64,000 bases of DNA, from the NCBI RefSeq assembly GCF_963921235.1, contig NC_086107.1:46748001-46812000 (forward strand), in the 5' to 3' direction. A program made the position numbers and the translations under genes. Source of the DNA: Mobula hypostoma. Its lineage: Eukaryota. This document shows positions 59,193 through 64,000 of the stretch, one piece after another. The number at the start of each line of letters is the position of its first letter. Within the stretch, counting starts at the first letter, position 1. The notes beneath the pieces were generated by a model. It searched no databases. It was not told the DNA's origin and saw only the letters and a program-made list of their open reading frames with translations.

Positions 59193-62100
59193 GGTAACAC
59201 CCTGTTAAGTTTTTAATTGCTGTGCTGTAGATATTTCATCTTAGCAGTTCTGTAAGCAGTCTGTTCTGCTGTCAGCCTTTTTTGGGTATGGGCTGAAATA
59301 AGGGGCTTTGCTCTTCAACTTAGGAATGTGGTGTCAGCCAATCAGGATGGTGGAATTGGGAGAAGGTTCTAGAGAACGCTGGGCAAAGAGGATTTTTTTT
59401 GAGGGGCACAGGTGTGGGTCGACCTCTTTTTGGCGGGAGCTGGGAGCAGACAGGAGGGAAGATGGCTGAGGATGCTGTCCCTGTTGCACAAGGTGCTTTG
59501 TGCAGATCAATGGTTTCAAAGAGGAAGGCCCAATCCTCCCGTGGGAGAACCCATTTGTTTGAGATGGATTTCGAGCGACATTTGGAAGGTGGTGTGTCCT
59601 TTCACGCAGACTAAGGGTCCAGCACGTGAGTTAGACAACTGCAAGATGAGCTCCTACTTATGTGCACATTTGACTGTTTAGTTATGATGGACCCTTTTGT
59701 TTTTTTTCTTTAATGATGGTTAGCTTAAGTTAACATTCTTAATTATGTATTCCTTGTAATTGTATGCAGTGTACGGTCTGTTATTTCTTGGCAACGACGA
59801 GGGGGTGGGGGGCAGTAAATCACACAGTATTCACACAAACTGGGGTTTGGGTGAGTGAGATATCCCAATCTCATGGGTTTAGCAGGACCAAAGTTGCATA
59901 CACCCTAGACGTACGGAGCCTGAGAAAGATGGTTTCCTTGCGCGAAGTCCAGTGACTGTTAGCAAGGGGCCAAGAAGCTGAGTTTCCAGAGGAGCCCAGC
60001 AAAAAGGGGTTTCGTTGCCGGGGCTATCATCCTAGATTGAATTCATTGAACATAGTGTGATTGCCCTGAGAATTGATTAAGTGGGTTTGTGTTTAAGCCT
60101 GTCTTTAACTACTGTCCGGGAAAGTGATTAAGATACATGATTGTGGACAGCGCAGGGATTAAGCGCTGGTGCAATTCAGAGATACTGCCCGTATCTGATG
60201 CTTGTGTTCTGAGCAGGGTGGACACCCGCAGCCCAGATGAATAGAGATTGGTAGAGAGTTCAAAGGGGCCAGCGGCTGATATGGTGAGGTTCTTCAAGGC
60301 AGAAAATCCATTGGCCACATCAGCTAATTATCTGCAAGCTCTGAAAGATGCTTTTGGCACTGCTGGAAGTACAGCCGATCTTAGGAAGAAGTTTAAAGAC
60401 ACGCTCCAGGAGGAAGGAGACAAGTTGTCTGCCTACATTTTCAGGTTGGGGAAGCTGCTGCACTGTTTGTGCCACAAAGGGGGCATTCACCTGTCTGAGA
60501 GAAATTGATTGCTGGAGCAAGTTGTGAAGGGCACATTGTCACATGACATAATTGCTCTACATATTCAAATGACCCACAAGATGTGGCATTCTCCATCTTT
60601 TACTGAATTACTCATAGAAGAGAGGAGGAAAATGCAGTGGAGGAGTGGGAGGCCTCTGTCAGTGGGGCACAGTCTTTGGTAGTAGCCTCTGGCGCTAAAG
60701 TGACCCCTGATGCCACACAAACAGGGTTTTGTAGGATGTCGGGAAAGATCTGAGGGCCGAGGTATTTCGGATGATATCAGTTGGTGCTGCCACCAAGCCT
60801 GACTAGGCCGATAAGAAGTCAGACCCACTGGTGGGACGTACCAAGGTGAAGGCTGCTGCTGAGCGGTGTCCCGTGACCAGGGAAGTGACCAGTGTTTTCT
60901 GTTACAACTGTGGAGAAGATGGACAGTTCAAACGGGAGTGTGAAGGACAAGAAAATCTTAGGAAAGTAAATCAGCGGTTAAGCAAACAGAGAAGAAAAAA
61001 ATTAAAATGGAGGGACCCAGTAAAGGAATGGGCTGACATTTCAGAGAGGAAACATTCCTGTCAGTTTATTAAGAGAAATGCTAAAGTATCAAACACTATT
61101 CCTGAAGGTTCAGTGGTATCAAGCTCTGTTGTATCCATAACGGATTGAAGGTGTTTATGCTGGAGCCATACTTGACACAGGTTCTCAAGTTACTTTGCTT
61201 TATAAATCGTTTTACAAGCAGTATTTGACACATTTACCTTTGACACCACTCAGTGCCCTTGACATTCGGAGGTTTGTGTTGATGAGTACCCATACGATGG
61301 TCACTTCTCGTTGAAGCTGGAGTTTTCGGAAGCAGATGTTGGAGTAACTAAGACTATTGACACACCAGCGTTGGTCTGCCCGGATCCAGTTGAAAGGGCT
61401 GGAGCTTCCATTCTAGTGGGAACAAATGCTGCCATTGTGAGAAGGCTCCTGGGAGCATGCTAGGAGAGAACTGGAGAGAACTTATTGAAAACCTTGTCCA
61501 TTCACCCTGTGCTCAGAGCTGCTTTTGAGAGGCTGAAAGTTTCTCCTAAGCAGGATGATGGACAGAAACAAGGAACTGTGTGTTGCATCCAGTTTAAATC
61601 TGTCATGCTATGTCCTGGAGGAGGAGCTAGAGTAACAGGATCCCCCAAATTTGCTGGTGCGGCCAAGGAATGGAAAAGAAAGTTAACTGTGAAGATGTTG
61701 GGATGCCAAGATGTATTTTCTACAGATGAGTCTGATATTGGTTACACCAGGAATACTTGCCACACTATTGGAGCGACTGAGGACACCCCTTTCCGAGAGG
61801 TCTTGCCGGTTAGCACCAGTGGAGGGATGTTCAGCTTCACCAGCCTAAACTGATGGAAGTTAAATTGGTCATGGAGCAGGGGGATCTGAGCTGCTGAAAG
61901 ACATGAGGACAGATGGGGAGGCATCCTGTAGTAGACAGGAAGGGTCACAAGAAGTGGTTGAAGCTGGAGGAGCTGAAGATGGGATACAGAGGTTTCAGAG
62001 TTCGGACGCCTTTAGATAGGCTGGCTTATGATGCACTGGGGAAACAGAGTGTTGCATCCTTCCCCCAGTGAGATATATCACTACCATTCACAAATGGATT

Positions 62101-63296
62101 GGAGGTCCTGACACCACGAAATTCCTTTGAAAACTGTGTTGTTAATGACAGGTTGATAAGTTTCAAAGTCATGAGGACATGACTATTTTCGGTGGGGGGA
62201 GAGTGTAATGCCCTGGTTAACATTTTTACTACTATGCTGTTTTCTTTTGTGTGTGCAATACATTGCCAGAGCCTCGGTGACCAGTTTTTTTCCAAGTGGT
62301 TGTCTTGGAGGAAAGATTCTGTGAGTGGTCCCCCACGGCCTTCTCACAGCACAGTTTTTTTTACGAGGCCAAGTTACAAGCTCGACACTCAACACAGCAC
62401 GGATGGAAAGCGTGCCCGACTGGATTCAAACTGAGGAACCTTCGCTCCGGAGTCCGGCGCTGATGTCACTGTGCGACCAGCTATGCTGTAGATATTCCAT
62501 TTCAGCAGTTCTATAGAGCAGTCTGTTCTGCTTTCAGCCTGTTTGGGTTTGAGCTGAGATAAGGGAGTTTGTTGTTGACCTTAGCAATGTGGTGTCAGCC
62601 AATCAGGATGGTGGAATTGGGAGGTTCTCGAGAACGATGTGTGGAGAGGTTTTTTTTGAAGGGCAATGGTGTTGGTTGAGGTCTTTTTGGCAAGAACTGA
62701 GAGAAGACAGGAGGAAAGATGGCTGAGGATGCTGTCCCTGTTGCACAAGGTGCTTTGTGCAGATGAATGGGTTGAAGGAGGAAGGACCAATACTTCTGTT
62801 GGAGATCCCGTTTGTTCGAGGTGAATTTCGAGCGACATTTGGAAGGCGGCGTGTGTTTTCACTCAGCCGAGGGTCCAGTGCTTGAAGTAGACAACTGCAA
62901 GATGAGCTCCAACTTCTGTGCACAATTGACTGTTTAGTTATGATGGGCCATTTTTTGTTTTGTTTACTTTAATAACTGTTAGGTTAAGTTAACATTGTTA
63001 ATTATACTTCATTGTAATTGTATGCAGTGTATGGTCTATTATTTCTTGCCAACAGCGATTGCCTGGGGGATGGCGAGGGGGGCGATGTGGTGTCAGTAAA
63101 TCTCACAGCATTCACACAAACCAGAGTTTAGGTGGGCAAGACATCCCAACCTCATGGGTTTGGCGGGACCAAAGTCGTATACACCCTATACGTACGGAGC
63201 CTGAGAAAGGTGGTTTCTTTGCTGTGGAGTCCAGTGGCTGTTATTGAGGGGCTATCGAGCTGCATTTACAGAGACTCCCAGTGAAAAGAGGTTTCT
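59193..63296 (+). mobile_element. Two-LTR Gypsy with PNMA-like gag, internally deleted
   Basis: LTRs ~59193-60014 and 62204-63296, TSD ctgg/ctag, PPT ggtggggggagag; gag VESSKGPAADMV..QEEGDKLSAYIFRL, knuckle CYNCGEDGQFKREC, protease ILDTGSQVTLL (~61170). Confidence 0.82.
62241..62480 (-). mobile_element. tRNA-derived SINE inside the 3' LTR
   Basis: Box A/B-like tggtcgcacagtg ... gtttgaatcc on the minus strand; 9-bp TSD ctatgctgt (62232-62240, 62481-62489). Confidence 0.75.
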
Positions 63297-63777
63297 CTAG
63301 CAACATACTTATACATTTTTTCTGCATTCTTCCCAGCTTAATGGTGTCATTCCTATAACAATGTACCCAAAATAAACTTTACAATTAAGGAAGTACCTTT
63401 TAAAGAGTATGCACTGTTACTAACGTCTGAGACACAACGCATTATTTAACCTTTACTAACCTGAGATGTTAGTAATGTTGACTAAAGTTTATGTTCAAGT
63501 TAGTGCTGAGGGACTTATTTAATATTGATGAGGAATTTTGTATCTTCATATTACGTTGCTGAAGGTTTAGTGACTCATCTGAAATCTGTGATTTCAAACA
63601 ATACAGCATCCACTTCAATCCACAAATCAATCTGTGATCCTGGAGTTGAACAACTTACTGACTTGTGATTTTGCTAGAAAGAATGCCATAACTTGCACTG
63701 TAACTTGGATCTGTTTAATTTCTATTTGTAATATGTGATTGAAGATAAACTTACCTCATTTTTCTGTTTGCATTTAG

Positions 63778-64000
63778 AATCGTTGGATATGACCATTTTT
63801 AGAAGTCCAAATAATGTATTATTGAATACGGACATTACCTTGGAATGTAAAGTTACCGATTTTGGAACGCCACTTCTTGACCTATCAAACGTAGGTGTTA
63901 AGTGGTTGTATGGATCCCAAAGGAAAGAAATCTATATCTTTAATGCAGGAGATGCTATGGCTAAACGACACGGAGCCAAAATATTTGAAACTGAATTACG
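63778..64000 (+). CDS. NCR3LG1: Exon 2 (IgV domain, 5' part) of the B7-H6/NCR3LG1-like gene; runs off the window
   Basis: Acceptor ttttctgtttgcatttag|; phase-1 frame ESLDMTIFRSPNNVLLNTDITLECKVTDFGTPLLDLSNVGVKWLYGSQRKEIYIFNAGDAMAKRHGAKIFETEL, alignable by eye to the B7-H6 V domain (LN..VTI.C, L.....G..W, R.GA); orthology not tested. Confidence 0.82.

Larger units (their letters stand above)
58755..63380 (-). mobile_element. CR1 3' fragment (58755-59192 and 63297-63380) split by an LTR element
   Basis: CR1 3'UTR/RT tail; joining ...ctactgg and ctagcaacatac... restores the CR1 ctggcaacatcc context. Confidence 0.7.

Overview
Vertebrate genomic DNA. The repeat content (abundant CR1 LINEs, Penelope-like tails, fish-type L1, Gmr1/PNMA-type Gypsy) suggests a cartilaginous fish, probably a batoid; this is an inference. 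Most of the window is nested transposable-element debris. The host content is part of an apparent tandem array of B7-family Ig genes on the + strand. (i) An Ig C1-set exon at ~13.6-13.9 kb belongs to an upstream gene and has several anomalies. (ii) A B7-H6/NCR3LG1-like gene has a leader exon at 37051-37174 in a CpG-rich promoter with ISRE/GAS/E-box motifs, a 26.6-kb intron 1, and an IgV exon starting at 63778 that runs off the window. Features not shown by the ORF track: a fragmented minus-strand endogenous retrovirus relic (LTR end, tRNA-Ser-like PBS, gag, RT with atypical GFW and N..KAQ motifs, tether; 27.2-31.0 kb), colinear with a class-I-like RNaseH-IN-env piece (20.5-23.5 kb); inverted Penelope-like insertions carrying minimal hammerhead ribozymes; a 2.4-kb solo LTR inflated by three minisatellites; and a four-layer nested insertion stack (hAT > LINE derivative > full-length L1 > LTR) in intron 1. 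All calls come from reading the sequence by eye; no searches were run.
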